A DNA stretch of 64,000 bases, from the NCBI GenBank assembly GCA_965205505.1, contig CBDBHB010000009.1, positions 2,240,001-2,304,000 on the forward strand. The letters are read 5' to 3'. A model generated the notes under the pieces. The model saw only the letters and a list, made by a program, of their open reading frames with translations, was not told the origin of the DNA and did not search any database. This DNA comes from Acidobacteriota bacterium (GTDB lineage Bacteria; Acidobacteriota; UBA890; WLXD01). Made by a program: the position numbers and the translations under genes. Below, one piece after another: positions 9,734 through 20,415 of the stretch. Numbering within the stretch: position 1 is the first letter of the stretch; every line of letters begins with the position of its first letter.

Positions 9734-9761
9734 ATTATGGCCGCGTGGCCGCGCTTGTCAA
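9734..9761 (-). promoter_or_regulatory. Sigma70-type promoter of the putative ncRNA
   Basis: Minus strand TTGACA (9761-9756), 16-bp spacer, CATAAT (9739-9734). Confidence 0.7.
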
Positions 9762-9842
9762 CCGGATGCTGCGCGGCGTTGTTCCGGGCCGCCGGATCCC
9801 GAAAGCGCCTTTGGTAAGGGGCTCTGTGGGCCGGTCGCCGCC

Positions 9843-9871
9843 TTGAGCTTTGCCTCATTTCCGGATATGAT
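9843..9871 (+). promoter_or_regulatory. Sigma70-type promoter of carD
   Basis: TTGAGC-N17-TATGAT about 55 bp upstream of the carD TTG start. Confidence 0.55.
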
Positions 9872-9924
9872 GTCAACTGCCGCCCAGTCCGCAGCAACCT
9901 ACCTAACAACACCGGGAGAGCCCT

Positions 9925-10458
9925 TTGCGCTTTGAAGTCGGCGACCATGTCGTCTATCCGAACCATGGCGTGGGGATTATCGAGGACGTCAAGCGGACCC
10001 AAATCGCGGGGCTCGATCAAGACTTCTACCATCTCCGGCTCTTCGCCAACGAAACCACGGTGATGGTGCCGGTTGGCAACTCCAAGGCGGTCGGGCTACG
10101 AAAGATCTTCGGTAAGACGCAGATCAGAAGGCTATTCAAGCATCTGCGCGACCCCGACTTCGAGACACATAGCAACTGGAAGGGCCGGTACAAGGAGAAC
10201 GCCGAGAAAATGCGCTCGGGTCATCTCTTTGAGATGGCGGACGTTCTCAAGAACCTACAGCACCTGACGCAGCGCAAGGCGCTCTCCTATCGCGAGAAGC
10301 GCATGTACGATCAGGCCAAGCATCTGATCATCTCCGAGATCGCCATGGTGCAGGGGCGTTCAGAGGAGATCGTGCAACCGGACGTCGAGGCGGCCCTCGA
10401 TGATTGTATCGAGGCGCGCAAGCAGTCCGGCGACCACGATCGCGCCAAGGCTTCCTGA
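9925..10458 (+). CDS. carD: CarD/CdnL family RNA-polymerase-binding transcription factor
   Basis: FEVGDHVVYPNHGVGII, VMVPV...VGLRK, NWKGRYKEN, LSYREKRMY; TTG start with ggag RBS. Confidence 0.93.
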   Translation: MRFEVGDHVVYPNHGVGIIEDVKRTQIAGLDQDFYHLRLFANETTVMVPVGNSKAVGLRKIFGKTQIRRLFKHLRDPDFETHSNWKGRYKENAEKMRSGHLFEMADVLKNLQHLTQRKALSYREKRMYDQAKHLIISEIAMVQGRSEEIVQPDVEAALDDCIEARKQSGDHDRAKAS

Positions 10459-10482
10459 GTCAGGCTGGCACGCGCACGTCTC

Positions 10483-10518
10483 GCTCCGGGCGACCGCCGG
10501 TCTCCCGGAGCTTTTTTT
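10483..10518 (+). terminator. Rho-independent terminator after carD
   Basis: gctccggg...cccggagc stem followed by a T7 run. Confidence 0.85.
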
Positions 10519-10583
10519 GTGCCGACAAGCAGCATCTCGTTACCTGCTAGGCTTGCGCACCCATTGACGCACCGGACAGGCAA

Positions 10584-11860
10584 ATGAGACGGCTCTCGCT
10601 GCCTACACAGATCGCTATCGGCATTCTCGTCGGCATTCTCGTCGGCGCGTTGTTCGCCGAGGCCGCCACGATGCTCAGGCCGATCGGCGATCTTTTCCTG
10701 CGCTTGATACGGCTAGTCGTCGTGCCGTTGGTGTTTTCCTCGCTGCTGGTTGGTACCGCTACCGTCGGTGATCCGAAGAAGCTCGGACGAATCGGCGGCA
10801 AGACCATGGCGTACTACCTGGCCACGACGGCCATCGCGATCACTATCGGGCTCCTGATTGCCAACATCGTTCAGCCAGGAGCTGGGATCGACGTCCAGGC
10901 CCAGGAGGAGCTGCTAGCCAACTTCGCGAGCCAGGCGGAGGGCTCGGCGGAGAATCTGCGGCAGCGCCCGAGTGTGATCGACACGTTGCTCCGGATCGTG
11001 CCGACCAACCGATCGAGTCGCTCGCCGCCGGCAACATGCTGCAGATCATCTTCTTCGCCATTCTCTTCGGCGTGGCCCTGACGCTCGTTCCCAAGAGGTC
11101 GCACCGGGAGTCGGTGCTCGTGTTCTTCGACGGTATCAGCGAGGCGATGATCCAGATCGTGCACATCATCATGCGCCTGGCGCCCATCGGGGTTCTGGCG
11201 TTGATCGCCGCAGCGGTGGGGCAGTTCGGGCTCGATATCCTGCGCATTCTGGCGCTGTACACACTCTGTGTCGTGGTCGGGCTGGGGCTGCACGTGGGGC
11301 TGATCTACTGCAGCGCCGTCAAATGGCTCGGCAAGATTCCGATCAAGCGCTTCTTCGCCGGCATCCGGCCGGCGCAGCTGGTGGCGTTCTCAACGTCGTC
11401 CAGCAGCGCCGCGCTGCCGGTGACGATGGACTGCACGGTTACCAAGTTGGGGGTGTCGGAGCAGGTCGCCGCCTTCGTGCTGCCCCTCGGTGCCACGGTC
11501 AACATGGACGGCACGGCACTCTATCAGGGGGTGGCGACGGTGTTCATCGCCCAGGTCTACGGCATTGAGCTCAGCATCGGAGGGCAGCTGACCATCGTGC
11601 TGATGGCCACGATCGCCTCCATCGGCGCTGCCGGCGTGCCGGGCGTGGGCATGATCACCCTGGCGATGGTGCTGGAGCAGCTCGGGCTGCCGCTCGAGGG
11701 CATCGCGCTGATTCTCGGCGTGGACCGCATCGTCGACATGCTGCGGACCGCGACCAACGTCACTGGCGACGCGTCAGCCGCAGTCGTGGTGGCTGCCTCC
11801 GAGGGGCAGATCTGGTACGACGAGGAGAACGACGAAGCGGCGGGCGCTGGCTTCGATTAG
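10584..11860 (+). pseudogene. gltP: Dicarboxylate/amino acid:cation symporter (GltP/GltT family), frameshifted near 11010
   Basis: Two overlapping ORFs; AFSTSSSSAALP, GATVNMDGT, DMLRTATN motifs; adding one C restores VPTNPIESLAAGNMLQIIF. May be a sequencing error. Confidence 0.8.
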
Positions 11861-11919
11861 GCCGGTGCCGACGGGCAACCCGGGCGCTCGGCACCCATGC
11901 TGCGCCCTGCCGCAGGCTA

Positions 11920-12444
11920 CTAGTCGATCGCCGGACGCAACACGGGCCGCAGCATCCACGTGCCGTTGGCCGTTCGCGACAGGCTCTGACCTACGTCCAT
12001 TGCGATAGTTACGTGGGTGGAGCCGTCGGTCTGCACGTTGAACGGGATCGCTACGGTGACCGACTCAGGATCGATCTTCAGCTTCTGACTCCGACCACCG
12101 GCGTTGATGACCGTGCTGTTGGCCTCGGAGAAACGCACGCGGATCTGTTGGTAGGTGCCCTTGTCGAGCCGGTTGGCTAGCGCCAGGAGCTGCTCGTTTC
12201 CGTCGAGGCCGAGAATCTCGTAGAGCTGGCTCCCGGCTGACAGCGTGATGAAGTTGCCCGAGTCGCTGTCGAGCACGTCAACGCCAATAATCTCCACTGT
12301 TACCTGTTGCGCGGTGGTCGTGAAGGTGGTTCCGGTGGTTGAGCCCGTCAGGAACACACCAAGCTGTCCTTGGTGTTCGACGCACCCAAGCCCGGAAAGG
12401 GCGAGCAGGCCGATCATGCAGATCGTCGGCGCATTCTTGCGCAT
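11920..12444 (-). CDS. DUF4382-like lipoprotein
   Basis: Lipobox LSGLGC; GTYQQIRVRF, MDVGQSL, WMLRPVL. Confidence 0.7.
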   Translation of the reverse strand: MRKNAPTICMIGLLALSGLGCVEHQGQLGVFLTGSTTGTTFTTTAQQVTVEIIGVDVLDSDSGNFITLSAGSQLYEILGLDGNEQLLALANRLDKGTYQQIRVRFSEANSTVINAGGRSQKLKIDPESVTVAIPFNVQTDGSTHVTIAMDVGQSLSRTANGTWMLRPVLRPAID

Positions 12445-12667
12445 CTCGGAACTCCCAGGTTGTCGAGCCAAGTACCCTTGCTGCGACTCGAAGTGCTGCG
12501 GCGGGGTGCAGCTTTGGCCGGTATCGGAGTGTGACTTCGGTGAGTTTGGCAGGCGGGCGAAAGCGTGAGCAAACCCAAAAAGCGGCCCGCTGGACAGGCC
12601 CGGCCGGAGCCCCTCAGCCGCGGTCCGTGCGTGCGCCGCTGCTGCGCTCGTCTGTCCCGAATGCGCT

Positions 12668-12696
12668 TTGACATGGCGCAGTACGGGACCTACCAT
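12668..12696 (+). promoter_or_regulatory. Sigma70 promoter upstream of tRNA-Met/tilS
   Basis: TTGACA-N17-TACCAT. Confidence 0.65.
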
Positions 12697-12774
12697 CCAA
12701 CGCCGGAAGGGCCCGCCGCGGCAGGTCCCTGGCGGCCGGCGTCCGGTCAGTCCCGCACACTGCGCGCCAAGCCT

Positions 12775-12847
12775 GGCGGTGTAGCTCAGTCGGCAGAGCA
12801 GGCGGCTCATATCCGCCGAGTCGGGGGTTCAAGTCCCTCCACCGCCA
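12775..12847 (+). tRNA. tRNA-Met(CAT), probably elongator
   Basis: GGCGGTG/CACCGCC acceptor stem, anticodon arm ggcgg-CTCATAT-ccgcc, T loop TTCAAGT; CCA not encoded. Confidence 0.92.
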
Positions 12848-12941
12848 CTTTTTAGAGTGCCCAGCGCCTGCGGCTGGCGCTCTCTGAACGTTGCGGCACG
12901 AGTCGCCAGGCGTCTCGCCGAGGCCCGGAACGAGTCGAATC

Positions 12942-13973
12942 ATGTCGGAGCCTGAGACAGCCGTGCTCGATGCGGTCACCGATGCGCTCGAGCGCCGTGG
13001 TCTGCTTCGGGGAATTCGCCACCTGGTGGTGGCGTGTAGTGGTGGTGGCGACTCCGTGGCGCTCGCCGACCTGATGGTCGAGCTGGCGCCTCGATTCGAC
13101 CTCACGGTTGCCCTGGCTCACCTGAACCACGGCTTGCGAGGCGCCGCCTCCGAGGCGGACGAACTCCACGTACGGGACCTCGCCCAGCGCTACGACGTGG
13201 CCTTCGAGACGGGTCGTCTCGATGAACCGGATGCCGCTGGCGGCGGACTAGAGGAACGGCTGCGTGATGCTCGGCATCGCTTTCTGACCGAGGTAGTCGG
13301 GCGAATCGGCGCCGATGCTGTGGCCTTGGGCCACACGCTCGATGATCGCGTCGAGACAGTCCTCATGAATCTGGCGCGCGGGTCCGGACGCCGCGGGTTG
13401 GCGGGTATGCGTTGGCGCAACAGCGTCGGCCGGCTGTTGCTTCTCAGGCCTATGCTCGGGGTGCGCCGAGAGGCGCTGCGCCGGTATGTACAGGGGCGCA
13501 GGGTGACCTGGCGCGAGGACCCGTCGAACAGCGACAGTCGCTTCACCCGGAACCGCGTCCGCGGCCTCGTGCTACCGGCGTTCGAGCAGGCCTTGCCCGG
13601 CGCCGTGGAGCGCATCGCACGAGCGGCAGAGCTACTCGATCAGGACAACGAGTGGCTCGAGGGCCTGGTGGATGACGCGCTGTCTCGAGCCCGCCGTAAC
13701 GACGCCTACCCTGGAGCCACGGCGCTCGATGTGGAAGTTCTGCGTAGCCTGCCGCCTGCGTTGGCCACGCGGGTTTTGCGGCGCGCGCTTTCGGAAGTGC
13801 GGGGAGGGCTGCGCGACCTGCATCGGGCGCATGTGGAGGCAATCGTCGAACGGCTGCTCACCGGCGTCGAATCGGCCCGTGATCTGCCCGGTGTGCGGGC
13901 CCGCGTCGAAGCAGGGCGACTACGTCTGATGCCGCTGCAGAACCGCCGTTTGGCCGCCCCGAACGGGTCCTGA
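12942..13973 (+). CDS. tilS: tRNA(Ile)-lysidine synthetase
   Basis: ACSGGGDS PP-loop, HLNHGLR, GHTLDDRVET, EDPSN...RNRVR. Confidence 0.95.
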   Translation: MSEPETAVLDAVTDALERRGLLRGIRHLVVACSGGGDSVALADLMVELAPRFDLTVALAHLNHGLRGAASEADELHVRDLAQRYDVAFETGRLDEPDAAGGGLEERLRDARHRFLTEVVGRIGADAVALGHTLDDRVETVLMNLARGSGRRGLAGMRWRNSVGRLLLLRPMLGVRREALRRYVQGRRVTWREDPSNSDSRFTRNRVRGLVLPAFEQALPGAVERIARAAELLDQDNEWLEGLVDDALSRARRNDAYPGATALDVEVLRSLPPALATRVLRRALSEVRGGLRDLHRAHVEAIVERLLTGVESARDLPGVRARVEAGRLRLMPLQNRRLAAPNGS

Positions 13974-14029
13974 GAGGTATGCAAACTAGCTAGCTCGGCC
14001 CGTTCGTGGTAGTGTACTCTGAAGGTATC

Positions 14030-15955
14030 ATGAACGCCGGAGCCGGTATTAAGCAGGTAGCGCTGTGGCTGGTGGTAATCGCCATCGCCATCGTGGTCTA
14101 CAACGTATTCAACGAGTCGGCCCTGCCCGACACCGAGATTCCGTTCTCGGACTTCCTCGACCGCGTCGAGGGCGGCGAGGTGGCGCGGGTGACGATCACC
14201 GGCGCGACGATCGACGGTGAGTTCGCGGAGAGCGGGCGCCCGTTCACCAGCGTGAGGCCGGAAGGCTGGGACGGTCTGGTCGACCTGCTTCGCGAGCACG
14301 GCGTCGGCATGGACGTGGAGGCTTCCGGCCAGAGCCCCTACATTGCCGCGCTGATCTCGTGGGCTCCGATGCTCATTCTCATCGGCGTCTGGATCTTCTT
14401 CATGCGGCAGATGCAGAGCGGCGGCAATCGCGCACTGGCCTTCGGCAAGAGCCGCGCGCGCTTGTCATCGAACCAACAGAAGAAGGTCACGTTCAAAGAC
14501 GTCGCCGGGGCCGACGAGGCCAAGGATGAACTGTCAGAGATTATCGATTTCCTGCGTGAGCCGCAGAAGTTCCAGCGCCTCGGCGGACGCATTCCGAAGG
14601 GTGTGCTGCTGATCGGTGCGCCGGGCACCGGCAAGACGCTGCTAGGCCGTGCCGTAGCCGGCGAGGCGAGCGTTCCGTTCTTTTCCATCTCCGGGTCCGA
14701 CTTCGTCGAGATGTTCGTTGGCGTCGGCGCCTCGCGGGTGCGTGACCTGTTCGAGCAGGGGAAGAAGAACGCGCCCTGCATTATCTTCATCGACGAGATC
14801 GATGCCGTTGGCCGTCACCGCGGCGCGGGTCTGGGCGGTGGTCACGACGAGCGCGAGCAGACGTTGAACCAGCTGCTGGTGGAGATGGACGGCTTTGTCA
14901 GCAATGAGGGCGTCATTCTGATGGCGGCGACCAATCGGCCCGATGTGCTCGATCCGGCGCTGCTGCGTCCCGGACGCTTCGATCGACGCGTCATGATCGA
15001 TCGACCTGATATTCGCGGGCGCGAGGGAATCCTCAAGATCCACAGCCGGCACGTGCCGCTACATGCCGATGTCGACCTGTCGGTGGTAGCGCGCAGCACG
15101 CCGGGATTCAGCGGCGCCGACCTGGAGAACCTCGTGAATGAGGCGGCGCTGGTGGCGGCTCGTTACGACCGCGACAAGGTCATGATGGAAGATTTCGAGT
15201 ACGCCAAGGACAAAGTGCTCATGGGAGCCGAGCGCCGCAGCATGATCATTTCCGACAGAGAAAAACGCATCACCGCCTACCACGAAGCTGGCCACGCGCT
15301 GGCAGCGCTGTTGCAGCCGAACGCCGACCCGTTGCACAAGGTGACGATCATCCCGCGCGGGCAGGCGCTCGGCGTCACCCAGCAAGTGCCCTTGGATGAC
15401 CGCCACAACTACAGCCTCAGCTACCTTGAGACACAGGTGAACGTGCTGCTCGGTGGACGCATCGCCGAAGAGATCGTCCTCAAGGAGAAGACCACCGGAG
15501 CGGGCAACGATCTCGACCGAGTGACCGATCTGGCCCGCCGCATGGTCACCGAGTGGGGCATGAGCGAACGTGTTGGCCTTCTGACGTTCCGCAGCGGTAC
15601 CGGCGAGGTGTTTCTCGGTCGGGACTTCGCGCAGCAGAACGAGCACTCGGAGGACACGGCGCGCGTCATCGATGAGGAGATCAAACGCATCATCGACGAA
15701 GGCTACGCTGCGACCACCAAGATGCTCACCGACAACCTGGAGCATCTGCATTCCATCGCCAAGGCATTGCTGGTTCGCGAGGTGCTGGATGCCGACGACA
15801 TCACGGCGCTCATCGAAGGCCGGCCGCTTCCGGATCTCGATTCCGACGATGGCCCGAAGGTACCGGTACGCACCGAGCCCGAGTCGGACAACGCGACCGA
15901 CGAGGATGCGACGATTGGAATCCCCGCGCAGCCGGCAGAAGGGCTCACCGGGTGA
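14030..15955 (+). CDS. ftsH: ATP-dependent zinc metalloprotease FtsH
   Basis: Two TM segments, [39 protein letters not shown]. Confidence 0.98.
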   Translation: MNAGAGIKQVALWLVVIAIAIVVYNVFNESALPDTEIPFSDFLDRVEGGEVARVTITGATIDGEFAESGRPFTSVRPEGWDGLVDLLREHGVGMDVEASGQSPYIAALISWAPMLILIGVWIFFMRQMQSGGNRALAFGKSRARLSSNQQKKVTFKDVAGADEAKDELSEIIDFLREPQKFQRLGGRIPKGVLLIGAPGTGKTLLGRAVAGEASVPFFSISGSDFVEMFVGVGASRVRDLFEQGKKNAPCIIFIDEIDAVGRHRGAGLGGGHDEREQTLNQLLVEMDGFVSNEGVILMAATNRPDVLDPALLRPGRFDRRVMIDRPDIRGREGILKIHSRHVPLHADVDLSVVARSTPGFSGADLENLVNEAALVAARYDRDKVMMEDFEYAKDKVLMGAERRSMIISDREKRITAYHEAGHALAALLQPNADPLHKVTIIPRGQALGVTQQVPLDDRHNYSLSYLETQVNVLLGGRIAEEIVLKEKTTGAGNDLDRVTDLARRMVTEWGMSERVGLLTFRSGTGEVFLGRDFAQQNEHSEDTARVIDEEIKRIIDEGYAATTKMLTDNLEHLHSIAKALLVREVLDADDITALIEGRPLPDLDSDDGPKVPVRTEPESDNATDEDATIGIPAQPAEGLTG

Positions 15956-17190
15956 TCCCCTCGGCCGGGGCGGCATCTGCCCGGCCGCCGCGCGCTGGCA
16001 GCCAGTCGTCGCCACACAACGCCGTCGTACTGAAAGGCTTTGACCCGTTTCCCGAGCTGCCGGCCGGCAGCCCGGAGTCCGACCGGCTCGGCCTGGAGTT
16101 GGGCAGCTACATCATCCGGCTCGAAGGTGTAGAAGACGCGCTGTTCGAGTCGTTTCAACGCGCCGTGGGTCTGGTCGGCGGACGCTGCCAGCCAGCAGAT
16201 CGCGCCCCGGGCGTCGTCCACATTGCCCTAGGGATGCAACAGGTCGAGGCGCTCCGTAGTCAGCTGCTCGCGGCCCCGTCGGCCTTGCTGCGCGTCGCCG
16301 AGGAGATCGCCGGGGTGCTGCGCGCCTATCACCGCTGCGAGTTCACTCTGCGTTGCGGAGCCCGGAAGCTCCAGTGTGGTCCGAAGCCGCTCCTGATGGG
16401 GATCGTCAACTGCACCCCGGACTCATTTTTCGCGGGCAGCCGGCGACAGGGGGCGAGCGCCGTCGACCAGGGGATGCATATGGTTGACGAGGGCGCCGAC
16501 GTCATCGACGTGGGCGGTGAATCGACACGCCCCGGAAGCGAGCCGGTCGACGCCACCGAAGAGATCGAGCGCGTCGTGCCCGTGGTCGAGGCACTGGCTC
16601 GCAAGGTGGAGGTTCCGATCTCGGTCGACACTCGCCGTGGCGTGGTGGCTCGCGCTGCGCTGCAGGCCGGCGCGAGCCTGGTGAACGATGTCAGCGGTCT
16701 GTCTCACGACCCGGAGCTCGGCGCCGTAGTCGCGGAGGCTGATGTACCTGTGGTGCTCATGCACACGCGCGGCGAGCCGGGCAACATGGTTGAGCATGCC
16801 GACTATCAGGACGTGGTCGCGGAGGTGGCGCGCGAGTTGCGCGAGGCGCTGGCGCGCGCTCACAGCGCCGGAGTATCGGATGACGCGATCGTCCTGGATC
16901 CGGGCATCGGGTTCGCCAAGCGTGCCGCGCATAGCCTGACGATTCTGCGCCACACAGCCGCTCTGCGCTCCCTTGGGCGCCCGTTGCTGGTTGGCCCGTC
17001 GCGAAAATCCTTCGTAGGCGCCGTGTTAGATTTGCCTACGGAAGAGCGTCTGGAAGGCACCGCTGCGGCGGTAGCGGCGGCTGTGCTTTACGGAGCCCAC
17101 ATCCTCAGAGTTCACGACGTCGGCGCGATGCGTCGAGTCGTCGCAGTCGCAGCGGCTATCCGGTCCGAGGGCGCGGGATGGATTTCCTGA
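15952..17190 (+). CDS. folP: Dihydropteroate synthase with N-terminal extension
   Basis: [42 protein letters not shown]. Confidence 0.95.
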   Translation: MIPSAGAASARPPRAGSQSSPHNAVVLKGFDPFPELPAGSPESDRLGLELGSYIIRLEGVEDALFESFQRAVGLVGGRCQPADRAPGVVHIALGMQQVEALRSQLLAAPSALLRVAEEIAGVLRAYHRCEFTLRCGARKLQCGPKPLLMGIVNCTPDSFFAGSRRQGASAVDQGMHMVDEGADVIDVGGESTRPGSEPVDATEEIERVVPVVEALARKVEVPISVDTRRGVVARAALQAGASLVNDVSGLSHDPELGAVVAEADVPVVLMHTRGEPGNMVEHADYQDVVAEVARELREALARAHSAGVSDDAIVLDPGIGFAKRAAHSLTILRHTAALRSLGRPLLVGPSRKSFVGAVLDLPTEERLEGTAAAVAAAVLYGAHILRVHDVGAMRRVVAVAAAIRSEGAGWIS

Positions 17191-18023
17191 GCCAGTTCGA
17201 GTTACGCCACGTCGTCGACGTGCTGTTGGTGGCGTACGTGCTCTACCGGATCTTGATCCTGATCCAGGGCACGAGAGCCGTCCGCGTGGTGGTGGGATTG
17301 GTGTTGGTGTTCGTTGCCTACACGCTGGCCAACCTGCTGCAGTTGAGCACCGTCGTGTGGTTGCTGTCGAACGTATTCACGTACATCGTGCTCGCCGTGA
17401 TCGTGCTCTTTCAGTCGGAACTGCGCCGCGGACTGGCGCATCTCGGAGGCACTGCGGCGCTGCGTGGGCTAACCGCGGCGATTCCGACAGAGCCGTTCGA
17501 CGACATCGTCAGTGCCGCCACCGCGATGGCAGCTGAGCGCCGCGGCGCGATCATCGTTTTCGAGCGTGCTGTCGGGTTACAGAACTACATCGACCAGGGC
17601 ATTACGTTAGATGCCAAGATCTCGTTCGACCTCTTGTTCTCGATTTTCCACCCGGCGACGTCGTTGCACGACGGTGCAGTAATCGTGCGCGGCGACCGAG
17701 CCGCCGCTGCATCGTGCTTCCTCCCGCTGACCTCGAATCCGCGATTGTCGCGCGGCTTGGGCTCGCGTCATCGCGCCGCAATCGGCATCTCCGAGGAGAC
17801 CGATGCGGTCGCGTTGGTCGTTTCAGAGGAGTCAGGCAGCCTCTCGCTCACAGTCAGCGGCAAGATAACTCGGCGCCTCGACGCGGCGTCGTTGAGCCGC
17901 CGACTGCGCGAGCTGCTGGTGGTGGAGGAGGCCACCGGGGCCGAGCTCGAGGTCGAGGAACCGGCCGCATCGACCGAGCATCAGGCGGGACACGATGGGA
18001 CGCCGCAGGCGGTACACGAATGA
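17178..18023 (+). CDS. cdaA: Diadenylate cyclase CdaA
   Basis: Three TM segments, LHDGAV and GSRHRAA (DGA/RHR motifs), VVSEE. Confidence 0.95.
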   Translation: MDFLSQFELRHVVDVLLVAYVLYRILILIQGTRAVRVVVGLVLVFVAYTLANLLQLSTVVWLLSNVFTYIVLAVIVLFQSELRRGLAHLGGTAALRGLTAAIPTEPFDDIVSAATAMAAERRGAIIVFERAVGLQNYIDQGITLDAKISFDLLFSIFHPATSLHDGAVIVRGDRAAAASCFLPLTSNPRLSRGLGSRHRAAIGISEETDAVALVVSEESGSLSLTVSGKITRRLDAASLSRRLRELLVVEEATGAELEVEEPAASTEHQAGHDGTPQAVHE

Positions 18024-18994
18024 ACCCCATCGGTGCCGTCTGGGCAAACCTTCGACCGTTCGACAACCTTCCACTGAAGCTGATCTCGCTGGCGATGGCC
18101 CTGGGCTTGTGGAGCGTTGTACCCGATGCGGACGTACCGCATACCGTCAGCGGCGTGCCGATTCAGCTGCAGAACATGCCTTCCGACCTGGCGCGGCTCG
18201 ATTCCGCGTCGCTCACCGTCGATGTGACGGTGCGCGGCATGCCGGCGCGCACCCGTGATCTCACCCCAGGACAGCTGTCGCCGCGCATCGACATGTTCGG
18301 CGCCGTTGTCGGTGAGAATGTGATCACCCTGTCCGCCGGTGATATCGCCCGTCCGTTCGGTGTGTCGGTTGATCGCATCGAACCGGCGCGGCTCAGAATT
18401 CTGCTAGATGAGAAGGTGCGCGTCGAGCTGCCGGTAAACGCCGTGGTGGAGGGCAGTCCGGCCGCAGGCTTTGAGATCAGTGACAAGATCGTCGAGCCGA
18501 CGATGGTTTCGGTGGCCGGGCCGGGCTCGCGGGTTGCCGAGCTCACCAGCGTGTCCACCGAGATCGTCAACGTTGCCGGCCGCCGCGAGCCAATCACCGG
18601 AGAGGTGGCGGTGCTGACCGATGACCCGTTGGTCACCGTCGATGAGAGCGACAGCGTGACCATGACGATCGTCATCAGTGAGTCGGCCGTGCCTCGGCGG
18701 CTGGATGGCATCGCGGTAGAGATCGTCACCCAGGAGTACCGTGTCGTGGTGAACCCTGGGGAGATCGGGATCGTGCTGCGTGGCCCCCCGTCGTTACTGG
18801 ATAATCTTGGTGCCGACGACATCATTGCCCGTCTGGACGCCAGCGATCTTGCGCCGAGGCCGGAGGACTATCAGGTGGCACCACGCATCGAGTTCGTCGA
18901 CCCCTCGCTGTCGGACCGTATCGAGATCATGGCGATTACGCCTCAGAGCCGTATCGATGTCCACGTCTACGATCAACCGGCGGGATCGCAATGA
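18020..18994 (+). CDS. cdaR: CdaR/YbbR family protein
   Basis: NLPLKLISLAMALGLW anchor, YbbR-like repeats, lies between cdaA and glmM with ATGA overlaps. Confidence 0.88.
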   Translation: MNPIGAVWANLRPFDNLPLKLISLAMALGLWSVVPDADVPHTVSGVPIQLQNMPSDLARLDSASLTVDVTVRGMPARTRDLTPGQLSPRIDMFGAVVGENVITLSAGDIARPFGVSVDRIEPARLRILLDEKVRVELPVNAVVEGSPAAGFEISDKIVEPTMVSVAGPGSRVAELTSVSTEIVNVAGRREPITGEVAVLTDDPLVTVDESDSVTMTIVISESAVPRRLDGIAVEIVTQEYRVVVNPGEIGIVLRGPPSLLDNLGADDIIARLDASDLAPRPEDYQVAPRIEFVDPSLSDRIEIMAITPQSRIDVHVYDQPAGSQ

Positions 18995-20364
18995 CGGAAT
19001 TCGGCAAACGGACCATGGGCACACGGCTGTTCGGTACCGACGGCGTACGCGGCGTGGCGAACATCGAGCCGATGACCGTGGAGACAGCCGTGCGACTGGG
19101 TCGCTCCGCGGCACATGTGTTTCGCGGTGGCACGCACCGTCACCGTATCCTCATTGGCAAGGACACACGGCTGTCGGGCTACATGCTCGAGAGTGCGCTG
19201 GTGGCCGGCATCTGCTCGATGGGTGTGGACGCCATTCTCGTGGGACCGCTACCGACGCCCGGGATCGCCTTCGCCACCCGTGCGCTGCGCGCCGATGCTG
19301 GCATCGTGATCTCGGCGTCGCACAACCCGTACATGGACAACGGCATCAAGTTCTTCAATCGAGACGGGTTCAAGCTGCCCGACAAGCTCGAGGAGGAGAT
19401 CGAGGACCTCACCTTTACCGGCCGCATAGAGGACGTTCGCCCCACGGCGGACGCGGTCGGCAAGGCGTTCCGCGTCGACGACGTGGCGGGACGTTATCTG
19501 GAGTTCCTTAAGGGGACGTTGCCGCGCGGTTTCACACTGGACGGCATGCGCGTCGTCGTGGATGCAGCGCATGGAGCTGCCTATCGCGTCGGCCCAGACG
19601 TGATGGCGGAGCTTGGCGCGGACGTGATTGCTCTCGGCGCCGCACCGAGCGGCACGAACATCAACGACGGGGTGGGCTCGATGCACGTCGAGGCGGCCGT
19701 CGCACGGGTGCGCGAGGGTGTGGCCGATGTCGGCGTTTGTCTTGACGGCGACGCCGATCGGTGTGTGCTGGTCGACAGCGACGGCAACTTGGTCGACGGA
19801 GATCACGTACTGACGATCTGCGCGCGCGCTTGGAAGGAAAAGGGCGAGCTTCGCCACGATACGGTGGTGGCCACAGTCATGAGCAACCTCGGCCTCGATC
19901 TGGCGCTGCGCGAGATCGACGTGAAGGTAATGCGGACGGACGTTGGCGATCGCCACGTCGTTGCACAGATGCGCGACGGCGATTATTGCATCGGAGGTGA
20001 GCAGTCGGGGCACACCGTGTTTCTCGATTTCAATAGCACTGGCGACGGGCTGATCACGGCGCTGCAGGTGTTGCGCGTCATGCGCGAGACGGGGCGGCCG
20101 TTGGGTGAGCTCGCCGCATCCATGCAGCCGCTTCCGCAGGTGCTGAGGAACGTCGACGTGGCCGAGCGCCGCCCGATCGACGAGCTACCCGATGTGCAGG
20201 CGGCAATCCGCGATGCCGAGTCGAGCCTCGGCGACCGCGGAAGGGTCTTGGTTCGCTATTCGGGCACGCAGCCGATGGCTCGTGTGATGGTCGAGGGCGA
20301 GGATGCCGGCCAGATCGCCAGCCTGGCCAGTGATATCGTGAGCGCACTCGAAGCGTCGGCCTGA
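18991..20364 (+). CDS. glmM: Phosphoglucosamine mutase
   Basis: LFGTDGVRG, ISASHNP, DGDADR, GGEQSGH, VRYSGT. Confidence 0.97.
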   Translation: MTEFGKRTMGTRLFGTDGVRGVANIEPMTVETAVRLGRSAAHVFRGGTHRHRILIGKDTRLSGYMLESALVAGICSMGVDAILVGPLPTPGIAFATRALRADAGIVISASHNPYMDNGIKFFNRDGFKLPDKLEEEIEDLTFTGRIEDVRPTADAVGKAFRVDDVAGRYLEFLKGTLPRGFTLDGMRVVVDAAHGAAYRVGPDVMAELGADVIALGAAPSGTNINDGVGSMHVEAAVARVREGVADVGVCLDGDADRCVLVDSDGNLVDGDHVLTICARAWKEKGELRHDTVVATVMSNLGLDLALREIDVKVMRTDVGDRHVVAQMRDGDYCIGGEQSGHTVFLDFNSTGDGLITALQVLRVMRETGRPLGELAASMQPLPQVLRNVDVAERRPIDELPDVQAAIRDAESSLGDRGRVLVRYSGTQPMARVMVEGEDAGQIASLASDIVSALEASA

Positions 20365-20415
20365 GCCCGCCCGGCCGCCGCAGCGCCCCACCCGCTTCGA
20401 TGAGGTAGGCCTTCC

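Noticed and set aside
9421-10032. 203-aa minus-strand ORF covering the ncRNA
   Set aside because: Begins antisense to carD, is Arg/Pro/Ala-rich with no motifs, and is a typical GC-rich shadow ORF
12775-12847. tRNA(CAT) next to tilS as the lysidine substrate tRNA-Ile2
   Set aside because: The GGCGGTG acceptor stem and CTCATAT loop fit elongator tRNA-Met better; the G1:C72 pair excludes the initiator. Needs tRNAscan-SE or TFAM to confirm
17178-20364. cdaA-cdaR-glmM (c-di-AMP) in a diderm
   Set aside because: A well-known conserved operon, not novel
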